Shown piece by piece: positions 63,190 to 64,000 of a stretch of 64,000 nucleotides of DNA. A model generated the notes under the pieces. That model saw nothing but the letters and a program-made list of their open reading frames with translations. It searched no databases and was not told the origin of the DNA. The position numbers and the translations under genes were made by a program. Source of the DNA: Macrostomum lignano (Eukaryota); NCBI GenBank assembly GCA_002269645.1, contig NIVC01001989.1:1-64000 (forward strand), given 5' to 3'. Positions within the stretch are counted from its first letter, which is position 1. Each line of letters opens with the position of its first letter.

Positions 63190-63975
63190 AGCATCCTTAG
63201 ACAGCATTCAAGCATTGATCCCCAAATAGCAAGCATCCCCAGACTGCAAGCATCTCCCAGATAGCAAGCATCCCCAGACTGCAAGCATCTCCTAGATAGC
63301 AAGCATCCCTAGACTGCAAGCATCTCCCAGATAGCAAGTATCCCCCCGATAGCAAGCATAACCTGGATACAGAGACCTTATAGATATCTAGCAACCCCCT
63401 CTCAGATAGCAAATACCCTCTATCTCCCAAGAGCAAGCATCTCCCAATAGGCAATAGCAAGTTACCCCAGTAGCAAGCATCCTTCCAATAGGAAGCATCC
63501 CCTAATAACAAGCATCCCTCAGATAGCAAATATCCATCCTTAAATAGCAAGCCTCCACCAGAGAACAAGTAGCTAGTGCAATAATTTCCTTAGCTTTATA
63601 GTGGCTCCATTTAGTTTTGCATGACACTTCTTTTTATGTTTGAAATGGTGTCTCTTTATGTTTGAAATGGTGTCTCTTTTATGTTTGAAATAGGGGCTCT
63701 TCTATGTTTGACATGGTAGCACTTTAATGTTTGAGATGGTGGCTCTTCTATGTTTGCCATGGCGGCCCTTTTACATTTGAAATGGTGTTTTTGTTATGTT
63801 TAGTTTGACATGGACATGGTGGCTCAGTTGTTTGACATGGTGGCTCTTATGTTTGACATGGAGTCACATATATGTTTGACATAGTGGTTCCCTTATGTGT
63901 GGCATGGTGTCTCTTTTATGTTTCATGTTTGACATGGAGTCACATATATGTTTGACATGGAGTCACATATGGCTC
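63190..63975. repeat. Two degenerate tandem arrays
   Basis: AGCAAGCATCCCCAGA-type units (63190-63560) and TATGTTTGACATGGTGGCTCT-type units (63620-63975). Confidence 0.8.
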
Positions 63976-64000
63976 TTTTAGACTTTTAGTATCAAAAATA

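Overview
Eukaryotic, intron-rich animal DNA. GC-rich Ala/Gln-rich exons sit among AT-rich introns full of minisatellites. The style suggests a free-living flatworm such as Macrostomum, but that is my inference and is not provable from this window. Six protein-coding genes can be assembled by hand with GT-AG boundaries and consistent phases. On the minus strand these are a peptide O-xylosyltransferase (XYLT/oxt-like, 739-5965, with many 1-bp frameshifts that look like homopolymer errors), a Josephin deubiquitinase (8573-9328), folliculin FLCN (11549-16715), a FoxN2/3 forkhead factor with an AT-hook (21803-28440), and a choline transporter-like SLC44A gene (48811-61810, first exon not found). 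On the plus strand there is a GT32/DXD glycosyltransferase (36900-42925). The window also holds a degenerate piggyBac transposase, a mariner remnant nested in a foldback structure, several MITEs, a tRNA-derived SINE and about 30 different tandem arrays, mostly one private unit per intron. The most notable observations are: (1) FLCN has no genomic ATG, and its conserved N-terminus starts exactly at a splice acceptor, as expected if the initiator AUG comes from a flatworm spliced leader; (2) FLCN-JOSD-XYLT may form a trans-spliced operon; (3) TA->TACATGTA insertions, provable in two places, resemble Tc1-type excision footprints and are enriched here; (4) an inverted duplication brackets XYLT exon 1. 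Most long ORFs in the ORF track are artefacts of stop-free repeat units.
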